DNA of 60,283 bases, filler included, from Circinaria calcarea (GCA_051942165.1; 11 parts of 11 records of this genome joined end to end with filler, not necessarily neighbours in it), one strand, 5' to 3'; numbered from the whole stretch's first letter, positions 11,769 through 24,385 are shown. Notes: generated by a model not told the origin, from the letters alone. Numbers and translations: made by a program.

Positions 11769-11773
11769 TTTTT
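11769..11773 (+). terminator. RNA polymerase III terminator (T5)
   Basis: TTTTT immediately after the tRNA discriminator base, with a second T-run a few bases later. Confidence 0.8.
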
Positions 11774-12345
11774 AGATTTTTTGGCTTGCTAGAGGCTTTT
11801 TTTTTTGGTTCCTATTGCCAAATTTTCTCTCTGGCTCTTTTTTCCTTTATTTTGTGGTAGAAATTTCTTACTTTTGAGTTGGATATTGTGTTTTGGTGGA
11901 GGATGTGGATCGGGTGATTATGACACCGAAGCTACGCGATTTGAGTCGGCCCAGAGAATCTTCGGGCAGTACTACAGTATTAAGCAAAACAATCCCTAGC
12001 GTGGTTTCTTCAAACCCCCAGGAATCTCAATCACAACCATATGAAAATTATGGCAAAGCAGGGGGGCTATAATAAGCGCATGATCCGGAGTACACCTACG
12101 TTTTCTCTGAGAATATAAAGCGTGGTTTGGGTGTGCTGTACGGGCTGTCAAAATTTCGGGCTAGGATTCATTTTGCCCGACACCGTAGTAAATCTAACTC
12201 CACGAAGTACCATTGTAGTATTTATAAATCTTCCCAAATCCCAATCAATCCAACGCCTGCCTCCCCCACTGTAAATTAACCCACCCCCGACCTGCAACGC
12301 CTCATTTGAAAATTGCTTCCCAACAATCCTCCCATCTTTACAAAA

Positions 12346-12714
12346 ATGGCCCAACGCGAAGCCTACAGCGCCCCCTCCCCCTCCCAGAACCCTCTCGGCG
12401 CAACTTCCACCTACACGTCCTCTGCCTACGCCTCGATCGACCAAGTCGGGCCCCTGACGCAGTACATTTGCGGGGAGTGCAGCAGTAAGGTACAACTGAA
12501 GAAGGGGGATCCGCTGCGGTGCAAGGAGTGCGGGCATCGGGTGTTGTATAAGGAGAGGACGAAGAGGTAAGTTTGATTTTTCTGAGGGGGAAGAGGGAGG
12601 GAGGATGGAGGTATTTTTCTTGGAGTGGGGGAGGGAATGGAGGAGATATAGGCGGTGAGGGTGTTGGCTAATGTATGCGGGGTGTATAGGATGGTGCAGT
12701 TTGAAGCGCGATAA
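12346..12714 (+). CDS. RPB12: RNA polymerase I/II/III shared subunit RPABC4; exons 12346-12566 and 12690-12714
   Basis: YICGEC...[25 protein letters not shown] zinc ribbon. Intron GTAAGT, GCTAAT, TAG. Confidence 0.95.
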
Positions 12715-13131
12715 TGACCGATTGTGTGCGACTGCGTTGTAGGAGCATTCATTGGAGGTACAGGGGATATGGTCATGGCTATGATGGCTTATGGCTTAAC
12801 ATGGGGCGGACTTGAGGGTGATTTTGGTGAGGAATTTGTCTAAAGGTATCACAGGCTCTAATATCGCAGGGGGGTCGGAAAGGTGACCATTCAGACGTTA
12901 GTGATTCTACAGAGGAACATATCTGGGGACGGGGTAATGCATGTCCTACAGAATTCCTTGAAGTCACGATGGCGCCTTTATTCAAAGGGCAAGCTTGCAG
13001 CCATAGGATGGTGCGATGAGGTCAAACGAATAGATTAAGCAGTTCTAACAAGCACCACTTGTGCTCAACAGGATCCTGCTCTTGAAACAAGAACGGACAA
13101 CTCAGATTTTGAATTTGGCATAACTAATAGT

Positions 13132-14430
13132 CTATCCATGTTCAAGACCATTGGTAACTTGAATGAACCCGTCCAATGACTTGAACGCTTCACCGCTTTC
13201 CAAAGCCCATCTAGCTCTCCGTATTCCTTCTTTCCATCTACCCCCACCTGGACCCCTTTCTGTGATGACATTGCCGGTATCTCCATGGCCCATGTTACTT
13301 GAATCGGCATCGCAGACCCCAGAAACCACGAACAAAGCGGCTGTATTGATCAGCACGAAATGGAGTACGGGATCGTCATATGGCAGCCTGTTCTCAAGCA
13401 ACCTGACCAAAAGCTCCGCATTCTCCTTCGGTAGCTTTCCTGGAGAGACCTCGGATAGGGGATGATTTGGAAACCCGAAATCAGCAGGCTCTAACTGGAA
13501 ATCTTCGATTTCCACCAGCGTTCTTGGAGGGGCCTCGTCATCACTTGTCGTATAATCTTCGTCTTCCTCGTTCTTTGGTCCACGAAAGGCAGGATTGGGT
13601 CTCTCTGTTAGCCTCCAGCAGAAGGTCTTACCAGCACAGCTGATTTCGTCGAGATTCTCTGCGCCGCAGACAACCATGGCCTTTTTGGCGCCGCTTATCC
13701 TCAAGGCCTCTGCGAACACCGGACCTAAGTCTCGCTGCGCAACACCAACGACACGGGCTTCTATAGCACCTTCAACAGGATTTGCCAAAGGTCCAAGGAT
13801 GTTGAAGATGGTCCTGAAACCAAGGTCTTTCCGTATTGAAGCGACATGTCTCATGCCGGGGTGGAATTTCGGTGCAAAAAGGAATGCATAATTACTCTTC
13901 TCATACACCTGGAGTAGAGTGGATGCCGTCACAGCCTCGATCATCGGAGCCTTGGGGCCTATCGACTGCAAGAGGTCCGCAGAGCCAGAAGCCGACGAGG
14001 AAGCTCGGTTGCCATGTTTGCTAAGAAGAAGCAAAGACGATGCCATTATCGAAGCTGTGGTGGAGATGTTGAACGTTGAGTGTCCATCTCCACCTGTTCC
14101 AACGATATCACAAAGCCCTCCCCTATAGCTACCTTCCTTTCGCCCTCGTCTTCTAACCATCTCCCGAAGACCTCTGTGGTCTACTTGGGCTGCTGCATCC
14201 CTCATCCGTGAAGCACATTTTGCAATGACCTCGGCCTTTCGGTCTAGCTTTAGTATATGTAGAATGGTAAGGAGACTAGCGCATTGAACAGCAGACAGAC
14301 GGTTATCAAACACAAAAGCAAGAGCAGAGGCAATCTCCTCCGAAGTGACATGGCTACTTGAAGATCCCGTGAGCGATTTGAGTAGAGGTGCAATCGAGAC
14401 TGTTTGTAGAGTCCCATTTTCTGAAGCCAT
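13132..14430 (-). CDS. TRP4: Anthranilate phosphoribosyltransferase
   Basis: DIVGTGGDGHSTFNIST, KHGNRASSSASGSAD, RTIFNILGPLANP and LDEIS motifs. Confidence 0.95.
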   Translation of the reverse strand: MASENGTLQTVSIAPLLKSLTGSSSSHVTSEEIASALAFVFDNRLSAVQCASLLTILHILKLDRKAEVIAKCASRMRDAAAQVDHRGLREMVRRRGRKEGSYRGGLCDIVGTGGDGHSTFNISTTASIMASSLLLLSKHGNRASSSASGSADLLQSIGPKAPMIEAVTASTLLQVYEKSNYAFLFAPKFHPGMRHVASIRKDLGFRTIFNILGPLANPVEGAIEARVVGVAQRDLGPVFAEALRISGAKKAMVVCGAENLDEISCAGKTFCWRLTERPNPAFRGPKNEEDEDYTTSDDEAPPRTLVEIEDFQLEPADFGFPNHPLSEVSPGKLPKENAELLVRLLENRLPYDDPVLHFVLINTAALFVVSGVCDADSSNMGHGDTGNVITERGPGGGRWKEGIRRARWALESGEAFKSLDGFIQVTNGLEHG

Positions 14431-14820
14431 AGTAGCAAGGAATACTATTCAGCATTCACGAAAGAACTGTCGTCGGTACCTACTGCCTTCTTCCAGCATT
14501 CAGATGGGACAGAGACTAAATATCGCGTGGAGGACACTCCAGTTGAAATTGCAATTCTACCAAAGTGCAAGAGGGTGCTTTTAAAAGTTCCACAGAAGAC
14601 ATACGTGCTAAATGTGCCCCGAAGTACGAAAGGGGTGCGCTAGGGCCCTGTGTCAATTCTAAAGGGGTCGAGGAGGGATTTAATTGTTGTCACAGGCATA
14701 ATAAATGTATCAGCGCAATTTTGACCCTCCACACATTGATACTGTCCTTGAATCGTCCCACCTCACAGATGACTTACTTACAATATAACTCCTATAAAAG
14801 AACAGACCAATCTTAGAGAG

Positions 14821-15882
14821 ATGCCCCCCCGACTCCGACCATGCCCTCGGTGTCTTCGGGCCTCGACGCCAGTACCTCGAAGAGCTCTATACGCCTGCAA
14901 ATATGCCTCTACCGCATCAGCAATCGCACCCGCACCGTCAATAGACCAAATGGCCATCTCAGTTCCTCCCCTCACAAGATACCCACCTTCCCAACCACCA
15001 TCCCACCGCCCTCCAGAATACCGTAAATCCCAACTGCATCGCCAGTATACCTCCCTCCTCCGCTCAACCCCTCTCATGCTCCTATTCCAACATAACAACC
15101 TCAAGTCTACGGAATGGATGGGAATACGGCGGGAGCTCGTATTGGCATTACGGAAGGTGGACAACGCAAGGGAAGCGGCAGGAAAGGAGGATTCGAACCT
15201 AGCAGATGGTATCAAAGTCCACATAATCCAGACAGGCATATTCGCCGCTGCTCTACGCGTCGTGGAGTACTTCCATCCAGACCTGCAACCGCAAGCCAAA
15301 ACCCCTCATTCTTCGGACCCGGCTACCCAATCATCAACCCTTTTACCCAATACCCAACCTACCGCCAACGACCCAACGTTAAACCACGGCTTGTCAAGAG
15401 CAGCTTACGAAGCCGTTGCGAACAAGAAACTCTCTCACGCACTTACACCACTACTATCGGGACCACTTGTCCTGGTAACCTTCCCCACTGTCTCCACCGA
15501 GCATCTGAAAGCCGTCCTATCAATCCTCGCACCCAATCCCCCTACCTTTCCTGCTCCAACTCGACGCGCCAACCCAGGCTACCATGATGCTACGGTCCAA
15601 AGTGGGCTACAGAAACTTTTGCTCCTCGGCGCAAGAGTGGAAGGAAAGGTCTTCGATCTGGATGGTACAAGATGGGTCGGCGCGATTGAGGGCGGTCTGG
15701 ATGGACTGCGAGGGCAGCTGGTGGCTATGCTGCAGGGAATTGGCGCTGGGATTACGAGTACGTTGGAGAGCGCCGGGAGGAGCTTGTATTTTACGGTGGA
15801 GAGTAGGCGGGGTATGCTTGAGGATGAGACGAGGGGGGGCAAGGAGGAGAAAGATCCTCCCTCTATCACGACTCAACGCTAG
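14821..15882 (+). CDS. Mitochondrial ribosomal protein uL10m
   Basis: Presequence-like N-terminus. RKSQLHRQYTSLLR, FQHNNLKS, PLLSGPL and LLLLGARVEGKVFD match fungal mitochondrial L10. Confidence 0.8.
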   Translation: MPPRLRPCPRCLRASTPVPRRALYACKYASTASAIAPAPSIDQMAISVPPLTRYPPSQPPSHRPPEYRKSQLHRQYTSLLRSTPLMLLFQHNNLKSTEWMGIRRELVLALRKVDNAREAAGKEDSNLADGIKVHIIQTGIFAAALRVVEYFHPDLQPQAKTPHSSDPATQSSTLLPNTQPTANDPTLNHGLSRAAYEAVANKKLSHALTPLLSGPLVLVTFPTVSTEHLKAVLSILAPNPPTFPAPTRRANPGYHDATVQSGLQKLLLLGARVEGKVFDLDGTRWVGAIEGGLDGLRGQLVAMLQGIGAGITSTLESAGRSLYFTVESRRGMLEDETRGGKEEKDPPSITTQR

Positions 15883-16397
15883 TATTCGACTACCTAGCTT
15901 GTTTCTGAGGAAATTATCCCAGGTACTTTCACATACATCAAATCTTATTACCTGCTACATGTCCCTAGAAGCACTCTCTTAATACTTCCCCGCCTCCCAA
16001 TCCACCCTACGCATTCAAGAGTATTTTGCATAACAACAAATTCACTTGAAAAGCGAAATGACTGTGAATGATGACTGAACTCGGAATACTTAATTCAAAC
16101 TCACCGAATAAAAGCAAATCTATGATATATATGACCTCTCGTCCTATTCCCGTTTCTATATATGATCTTTGGATTATCACACCTCCTGTATCGGCAAACA
16201 TATCGAAGAATCAGCCTTCACCTAGGATAATCTTTAAGAAGGCTCGGGCAAGATGGGCAAGTAAAGAAGGGCGAGTAGCATAATCATGAACCAATCTTTT
16301 CGTGGTTCGCTATATAATTTTGAAGGGCGCCAACTGGTCTTATCCGCATAATCAAGGGTAGTAAATAGATTATTTTTCTATATTATCTTTATATAAC

Positions 16398-16497
16398 NNN
16401 NNNNNNNNNNNNNNNNNNNNNNNNNNNNNNNNNNNNNNNNNTTAATTAATTAANNNNNNNNNNNNNNNNNNNNNNNNNNNNNNNNNNNNNNNNNNNN
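16398..16497. other. Artificial contig linker
   Basis: N44-TTAATTAATTAA-N44. Confidence 0.98.
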
Positions 16498-17445
16498 TTG
16501 TACACCTCACCCATCAAAACGGCTTCTCTCTGCCAATCTTCTTCCGAGTCCTGAATGATACAGAGAGAGTCAATCCATATATATCTATATAAACGACAGG
16601 TTAGGTTTATGTATTCCTTGACGGTTGTTATATTATCCCCAGAGTGGTGACTTACCTAAAGCCTAAAGACTTCGTGATACTCATCGCGTCTCGAAATTTC
16701 TTCGTTAAACTCGATGGTGATATGAGTTTCTTGAGGTCCTCAAGATTTGCGTTTTGGAGCTTGGGAATTGGATTAGTCTTTTGATCGCCCCAGACATAAC
16801 TTAGAGTAAGATAATCAGAACCCGGGTTAATCTGAGTGGAAAGACAGAGGCGTGGATGGTCGATGGTTCGAGAAGAACCGACATCAATAAGACGGGTTGG
16901 GAGCCACTGCCGCCTCGATCGACGGCATTTAACGTGTGACGTTGTACAGGCTTTGAGCCATAATCTAGCAAGATCCAGGCGTGTGGCATCGGTAGAGATG
17001 TTTTCATGGACGCTATCCTCTTTATTGGGCTCTATTCATCACTTTGTGTCAGCCCCTCGAAACAAAAGAGAACATACCCGTCCTTCGACCCTGAGGCAAG
17101 TATCACTCTAAAATCAGCAACTGACGAACCTTGAATAGCATGCAGTGCGAACGATAACTCCCACTGCTCCGGGGCAGTCCAAACCATGAACCTGAATCTC
17201 AATGGTACCGAATCGCCTGGGAGCCATATTGTATAACAGACCTCCCAGCCTGGGAGCCATGGAGCTTCATGGAGGTAGTCAGTTATCAAAGAGCGTTCCT
17301 CGTGGTTCCACAGAATGGTGCAAAGGTGGCAGTCCTTTGCCGCGGAGGTTTCGATGTCTTTCAATCGCTTCGAATGAGGGTAGACGACCCGCGGTACCTT
17401 TTGCCCACTAAAGATCTCCCGACATCGATGGCATAAGTTGAAAAT
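16498..17445 (-). CDS. Heterokaryon-incompatibility (HET) domain protein, 5' part; start codon unresolved (may lie up to about 17633)
   Basis: Manual translation gives LCHRC...CHLC, WLKACTTSHVKC...LPTRLIDVG, YLTLSYVWG and FRDAMSITKSLGFR/YIWIDSLCIIQDSEEDWQREAVLMGEVY. Mostly missing from the ORF track. Confidence 0.88.
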
Positions 17446-17848
17446 CTATACAAGAACGCATCAGCTGACGTTAACAACTTCATACGGCTAGCCCGACCAT
17501 ACGTCAATTGCGACACGCCAGCCACGCTACTTGGTTCACGATTCAGCTCCATGCTATTCGATTTCAAGCTACTATGGCTTAGCGCACCCACCGCTCGCAT
17601 AGAGAACATGATTAGGTGCGCATTTCGCTCCATGTCTCAGCGATTCCCCGAGCACTCTCCCACAAACATTACACACATATCACCCATATACAGTATTTCA
17701 TAGAATCGCCATCGGTAGTATTTCAGTAGCACTTATTCATGCATACTTTCCGGTTATACCGTGCAGCCTGTTGAAGATGTAGTGCCCTCCCTATAATGCA
17801 CCTCTTTTCTGTTACCTCCAGAGGAGCCTTAGCCATCTAAGCAAACCC

Positions 17849-17990
17849 ATTATATAAACATGCTATTCCCGCTCTTTAGAATAGCATGCTTATAGCCGTA
17901 CATGGAATAAGAATAGACCAATTTTACGTTCCTAATAATCGTGCACACCGGAGTGACTCTATCCCTTATACCAGTCTAGCATATCCCAGC
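17849..17990. repeat. Dispersed repeat fragment homologous to 24386-24530
   Basis: Shared blocks ATTATATAA..GCTATTCC..CTCTTTA..CATGCTTATA and TTACGTTCC.ATAATCGTG..CGGAGT.ACT.TAT..TTATAC..TCTAGC. Confidence 0.75.
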
Positions 17991-18436
17991 ACCCTTCGAG
18001 ATACTTGCCAACCGTAATTAGTGTGGCCCTTCCCACAAGCGACGGCCTATGCTAAAAGGGTTGTCACAAACTTAGTGGCTACATCTAGGCGGTCAGCTAC
18101 GGTTGGCGTTGTTTCGGGGTTGCCCATTTTTTGGTCACCCGCGTGAGAGGGTTTCCCCGGTTTTTTCCCCCGGTAGAGTGTTTTATATTGTTTGGGGCTT
18201 TTGGTAGGGGTTACATTTCACGGGAGTGTATGCAATATCGGAAAAAGGTGATAAAATTGCTTGATTCTATTTATTGCCTGATTAAAGGCTTTAATTTAAA
18301 GCCCACTGGCCTGCCAACATGCTTCTTCCTCCTCTCCCACAACATTATACAAACCCGCGTTAACATTTGTTTTTGCTTGCGACTCAAGTCGAGTAGTTAG
18401 GTATGCTTTGATGTGATATAAACGAACCCTCTATGC

Positions 18437-20090
18437 TATGACAGAGCAGGTAAAGGTTTGCCGCCATCTAGCGCCTTCGGCTGCGGGGCCGGTGAGGCTG
18501 GTGGGGATGTCGATGCCGCCGACGATGTATCCGATCCACCACTGAGAACCCTATACTTACGCCTTCGCGGAGCACGAGGACATTCGCGCGAGAAATCCAA
18601 TGTGCTAAATCATGGATGCTGAAGCAGCTCGGTCGTGGACGGTCGCTTGCCCGGATCGTATTGGAGCATGTCTTTGATCATCGACTCGAAGATTGTTGCT
18701 TCCCGATCTGACATATCAAGAGGCCGAGCGAGCTGGATAACGTGGTGCATATCGCCATTCGCCGTCACCTCTGGATCGACGGGGTCTGGATGAAGTAACT
18801 CACCCAATTCATTAATGTACTTGTCCCTATTGGGCCGGTAGGATTGCAAGTCGGGGGTTAACGGTCCTACTCGTTCAATGATACTCACCAGATTGATGTC
18901 TTCTGTCTCTTGCTTGACCTCCTCGTCACTCTCGCCAAACGTTGAATCAGCAAAGATAAGTGGGACCAACGTAACAACGCGACACAATGTGACGCCCAAG
19001 ACCCAGATGTCAGCCTTTTCATCATACGGCAGGCCAAGATGAATTTGCGGGGAACGCACGTCGATTGGGTAAGGAATCTGTCCGTCGTTATAATCTTCAA
19101 AGCGGCACGAACTCCCAAGATCAATCAAGACACACTTGGGATGTGCGGGTGGGTCAAAGGTAAGCCTATCGGGTAGATGAATTACGCCAACGGTGTATTT
19201 CGGATCACGTTCGTGCAAAGGCTCGCCATCGAGCCGTACGGTCATGTTAAGAGAAAATAGAGATCTTCTAAGATTCATCATTTGCCATTCTGGATCGAGT
19301 GATTCGTTCACAACTTCATGTTTGATGGTTGAACCCCTGTCCTTTATATCTTGCGGAACATTGTCAACATCCCACAAACTTCGTTGAATTTCGGTCTCGG
19401 TCATCGACTTCAATGCCAATAACATGTTACCCGGTTGTATATCGCGATGCATGATTCGATTCGAGTGCAGAAAATCAAGCGCAAGGATCATTTGCCTGCA
19501 CAATTCACGTACGAGTGTCGCAGACCATACCGTGGGATGATACGCTGTTGGGGTGAAGTGGTGCTCGTCTTGAAGAAGACTTGGGTGTTGCAAGAGTGTC
19601 TCAAAAGACCGACCCAGCGGCTCGAATGTGACGCAGGTATGCAGTCCGTTTGGGCCCTTGTGGTTGAAGGAATCGAGTTTCCCTCCCACATGTTCTTTCC
19701 CGGGGTGTTCTGGTAGCGAAGCTGTTGAGAAGGTCGCCTCGGTACCATTGATGTTTGACTTGCGAGCCATGACTACTTTCAGCGCCACATAGCGGTTCGC
19801 CCTAATCGAGGTTGAGTACAAGCTAGACATTGTGAGGACCATTGGGCTGGCTTACACTATATCTCTTGCAAGCCACACCGTGGCTCCCGTGGCAAATCCC
19901 AGTTTCCGGAATACAACGTAGCGACCATTTTAGATATCCCCAAAATGAACGGGATGGAAGCCACTAGGAACGTAAGCCTCCGCGCTTTCCTGCTCTGCCG
20001 TTAGCTATAGCACGAATGGGAGAGTAGTGTTTCTCCCACCGCTGTGATGATCGGATCCTCGAATCTGCATGCAGGTGGAGGCTCAGGCAT
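18437..20090 (-). pseudogene. SRPK/Sky1-like Ser/Thr protein kinase, probable pseudogene
   Basis: YVPSGFHPVHFGDI*NGRYVVFRKLG...TVWLARD/ RYVALKV, HRDIQPGN, DLG, KADIW and LLQHP*F. In-frame TAA at 19932-19930 and TGA at 18612-18610 where Trp is expected. Confidence 0.75.
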
Positions 20091-21894
20091 TGTAAAGAAA
20101 GGTCAGAATTGGCTCGACTGTAGGTAATAGAGAATTGCGGTGATGCACGTGAGATAGAACTATGGCTGGTCAAGGTATGCGGTAGGTGAAAATGGGGAGC
20201 TAGAAGAAGGGGAAAGCCGCCGTACGTTCGACTTGTAGGTGCTTGCTAAATGCTTTCTAGGTAGGAACCACCTATGCTTACTTGCTACTCTTCAACGTAA
20301 GCACCTTTACATGAAGAAGAAAACACACATTCCATCGATCCTGTGGGGCACATTTGTTGGAGAACACCAACTCCGACCCTGACCGGTCTTTAGTTCATCT
20401 GCAGAGGGCCGTGTGGTCTTGTTGGGCTCCTTTAAGCCTAAGGTTCATCATCACCCGCTCGGCTGTATCACTTGTACAATCGTAGGCCCGAAACCCAACA
20501 CAAGGGCGCTGAAGAAGGCTGTGTTTTGGCCATGTGTGAGGTAGGGGAGCTATTGGGGGCCGATCCGGATCAGCATCAGCGCTAATGCTTACTACGGTCG
20601 CAGGCGAAATAATTCGTAGCGCTGCAGATCTCGCAGGGGTAAAATCTCTTGCCTTTTTACTCACTCATGCGACATAAATCTCTGCACGGCTGTTTAATCG
20701 ACTGTGGCATCAGGGCTGGTATATCAAAGCAGCATTGCCGAGCCTGCCAAGACGCTACGAATTATTTTACCTGCCACCGTAGTACGCACTACCAAGGCTT
20801 AACGGTTCGGATCGATCCGTGGCTTAACGTTTAATTAGCCAAGGAGGTATAACCCTGAAGTTTTCCTGATTAATGTTAGGCCTGACCCGAACTGTTAACA
20901 GCCTGAACATAAATAAGGTTCCGGAGTAAATGAACAACATCATCAGGCATTTGGGCCAACTCTCATTGAACATCAACTCAGTGTACCCGATGTCAGAGGG
21001 CGTAGTCGACCATCCAAAACATGCGTAGACACGGTGTACCCCGAAGGGGCTCGAAATGCTTCGAAACTACAACAACACCTCTAGCAGCTGAGCTTCATGT
21101 GCGTGCAGTCAACTATCCAACCTGCTCCTATGCTAATCTTCTGGAGTTACCCTAAAGAGCCCCTGAGAGTTGTCTGAAGAGATAGTGTGCGCCGTCGATC
21201 GCTATCTGAACGTGATCTCGACGTCCTTGACTTCCACCGCCGAAGCTTTTTGGAAGCCCGTAAGGCATACGCGGATGTTTTGGAGGCTACCTTGTAACGT
21301 GGCTGATGGCGAAGGCGCTTCAGAAGCCCCGTTTTGATGAGAAGGCTAACGTTGCGTCTAAAGCTACCTGTTGGGGAGGAAGAAAGGGGAAAGTCGGCGG
21401 GGACTGAGGACGAGGTGGTGAAGGTATTCGGTTTTTGGAAGGAAATACTTTGTGATGAAAAAAACAAAAGTCAGATTTATATGGTGAAAACAAATAACTT
21501 TAACCATTACTTATTTCTAGATCATACGCATTGGAGAAATCCTACCGGGAAAAGAGAATGATCAGAGAAAACATTTATCATCGCCCTGAAATAATAAAAA
21601 GTATAAGAAAATAAGAATCCACGAGGCGATAAAAAAGCCTAAAGGGGCTCCATCGGAAAATGGAAAATAATTAATAAAAAATTGGCTTTTCCAGGAGCGG
21701 CGGGCGACGGAGAAAACCAAAAGTAGAGTCCCCCCCACTCACTCCCCTTAGCCCACAGTATCCGGATCACTTTTCCCTTTCATCCCTGTCAGGATCCTTT
21801 ACGAATAGTATAACGATCTTACGACCGAGGGTCGGTAAATTGTGTGTACCCCGACGGGTTTTGTTTTTCTAGCTTAGAAATCATACCGCCCTCC

Positions 21895-21994
21895 NNNNNN
21901 NNNNNNNNNNNNNNNNNNNNNNNNNNNNNNNNNNNNNNTTAATTAATTAANNNNNNNNNNNNNNNNNNNNNNNNNNNNNNNNNNNNNNNNNNNN
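21895..21994. other. Artificial contig linker
   Basis: N44-TTAATTAATTAA-N44. Confidence 0.98.
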
Positions 21995-23165
21995 CATACC
22001 CATCTTCTGCTTCACCGGTATCGCCTACGGCATGGTCGAACTGATTCGCCGAGTGATCCCCAGAGACATTGTCGGCGGCAACGTTCAGAAACTCCGCCGC
22101 ATGGACGCCGCCGTACATATTTTCTACGAAATCGCTGGCACTTCAGCCGCCTTCTGTACATCTCTCGCTCTCATTCCGGCTCTGGGGACCAACTACTCCT
22201 TCATCATCACCCCGATCCTTTTCACCATGGCGGCCGTCACCTGGTTCTTCGTCTCCAACCTCGACTTTAAACCCACCAAACGCACCCTCCTCGCCGATCA
22301 ACCCACCTACATTCGCGCCCTCCTCGGCAGCTTCTGGCTTTTCTTTCGCTCCGTCTACGTCGGCATGAAGATTGTTTTTACCTCGCGCAAATTCATCTGG
22401 CTGCTGCCCGCCTACTCCGTCGCGCTTTACGCCCACCGCTACCTGGAAAACGGCATCGCGCCCGTCATCGCCAGGCGCTACCTCGGCAACTCCGCCTGGT
22501 CGCAGATTATGGTTGGTGGCTCCAACTTTGGGGAACTCCTCGGCGCGCTTTTCGTGTTCCTGTTCACCAACGTCGTGAGGACACCGATTCCCTGGTTACG
22601 TCTTGATGCATTGTGTCTGCTCATCGTCTGGTATCTGGCGTACTGGTTCCCGCCCATGGGAGAAGTCAGGTACGCCTGGATGGTGGCCGGAACTTTCATT
22701 CCCATCTCCTTCGGCTGGGCTGCTGGCGACGTCTCTCTTGCCGCCTACATCCAAGCCTCCCTTGCCCGCCTCGAGTCCGGTCACGATGACGTTTCCGCCC
22801 TCGGCGCCGTCATGGCATTCCTTTATGTGACGTACATCGTCACATATGCCATCACCAACCCTTTGCTCGGTGCACATGTGGACAAGATATTCAGGCGTAC
22901 GGGAGGAGATGTGCACGAGGCGGTGAGGAACATCGCGGGCGTACAATTTACGGTTGTGGCGATTGTGGTCATTGCGGCGACGTTCATTCCGCGGGGGGCG
23001 TTCAGTTTGAATCCGAAGATGTTGGAGAATGAGGAATTGGATCTGGATCTGAAGGACAGCGAGGGAGGAAGCGAGGATGGGACGAGGAATGGGGACTATG
23101 ACGGGGTGGACTTGGGGAAGGAAAAAGACCAAGAGAAGGTCTTGACTTCGTTTGTGGCGACGTAA
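21995..23165 (+). CDS. Multi-pass membrane protein (MFS-like transporter), 3' part
   Basis: Open frame from the contig start with many TM helices, GC-rich codon usage and an acidic C-tail. Confidence 0.75.
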
Positions 23166-23985
23166 TACAGTCTGGTGGAGTATATCACTCGTTTCGTGAG
23201 GGTTTTATTATGTATATAAATCAAGGCTGCGCATAGCGGGAGAGATTAGAAACGAGCAGGACAGCTCAAGAATTCATAATTTATTATCCGACAGCTAGGA
23301 GATTTTTGCCTTTTTTGGATCAGAAGAAAATTAATTCAAGATAATCGATAAAATCTATTACTACAGCTTAATTCTTATTAAGCGTAGTATAAGTCCGATA
23401 TCCTTTTTGCCTATTGCTCACGCGTAAAGTACCGTATTATTGCACGGTATAGGGGGGTTTCGGGCACTAAGAGACTCTTTTAACTCTAGCTAATCAGCGG
23501 AGAAGAAAATGCCCCATTCACACTAATAATATGTGCGGGGGATCTAGAAACCCCCACCTTACTAGTATAGCGTGCACGGCTCGGTACGCGTGTACCATAG
23601 GCAGAAAAATACCCTTTATTGCGCTATACTAACTTTAGAGTTTAATTTTCAATTTCCTAAGCAACGGAGTACTTAAAAAAAACATACAGCCGTAATCAGC
23701 GCAGAGCGAATAATATTCGGGATAACAAGCGGCCGCAAAGCTTTTTTGCCGTTTTTCTTGCACCCTCCCCCGGCGGATATTCCCCTGCCGGAGGTAAAAA
23801 GGGAGCGGGCGAGTCGTTCGTTGCAGGGCATCTCAGTAAGGAAAGCAATATAATTAATCAGAAAATCCCTCTTGGAAGGCTTAGATAAATTCATTCTCCG
23901 AGTCCAGAGGCTTCGTTTTGTTGGAAGTTGCCCTATAAACCGTATTAGGCCTAGCGTTAATATTATTCACGTATAAGTAGCGAGT

Positions 23986-24195
23986 TGTTATGGCGCCAGC
24001 ACCATGACATGTACTAGGCCAAGGGGGGGCTAGCTCCGTAACCGAGGAGCCCCTGGGCCGGTTGTTTAGTATGCTTATGATAAGGTAAGTATAGAGGGTT
24101 GCTTAGTATGTTTATGGGGATGAGCAAGGTGAGCACCGTGTTATATATAGCAGGCTGTTCCCGCCATTTAGGATAGCATGCTTATAGAACCATAA
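23986..24195. mobile_element. Solo LTR-like element (about 210 bp)
   Basis: Termini TGTTATGG...CCATAA (inverted; terminal CA missing), flanked on both sides by CGAGT (23981-23985, 24196-24200). Internal TATATA box. Confidence 0.6.
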
Positions 24196-24385
24196 CGAGT
24201 TCAATATACTCCTTTTATATTGGGCCTAGGGCAACAGTTCAACTACACCCTATGTAACCGTGCTATCACCAATCGGGACTTAATATATTTCTCATTAGGC
24301 CCCAAGGATTGCAGCGCCCTTACAAAATATTTTTAAATACTTTTAATAATCCCGGTGATTATTCAGATTATTAAAGAGCTCTATA

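Noticed and set aside
21140..21430. Coding-like purine-rich stretch with interspersed stops
   Set aside because: May be a gene or transposon relic, but I cannot assign any family from the sequence.
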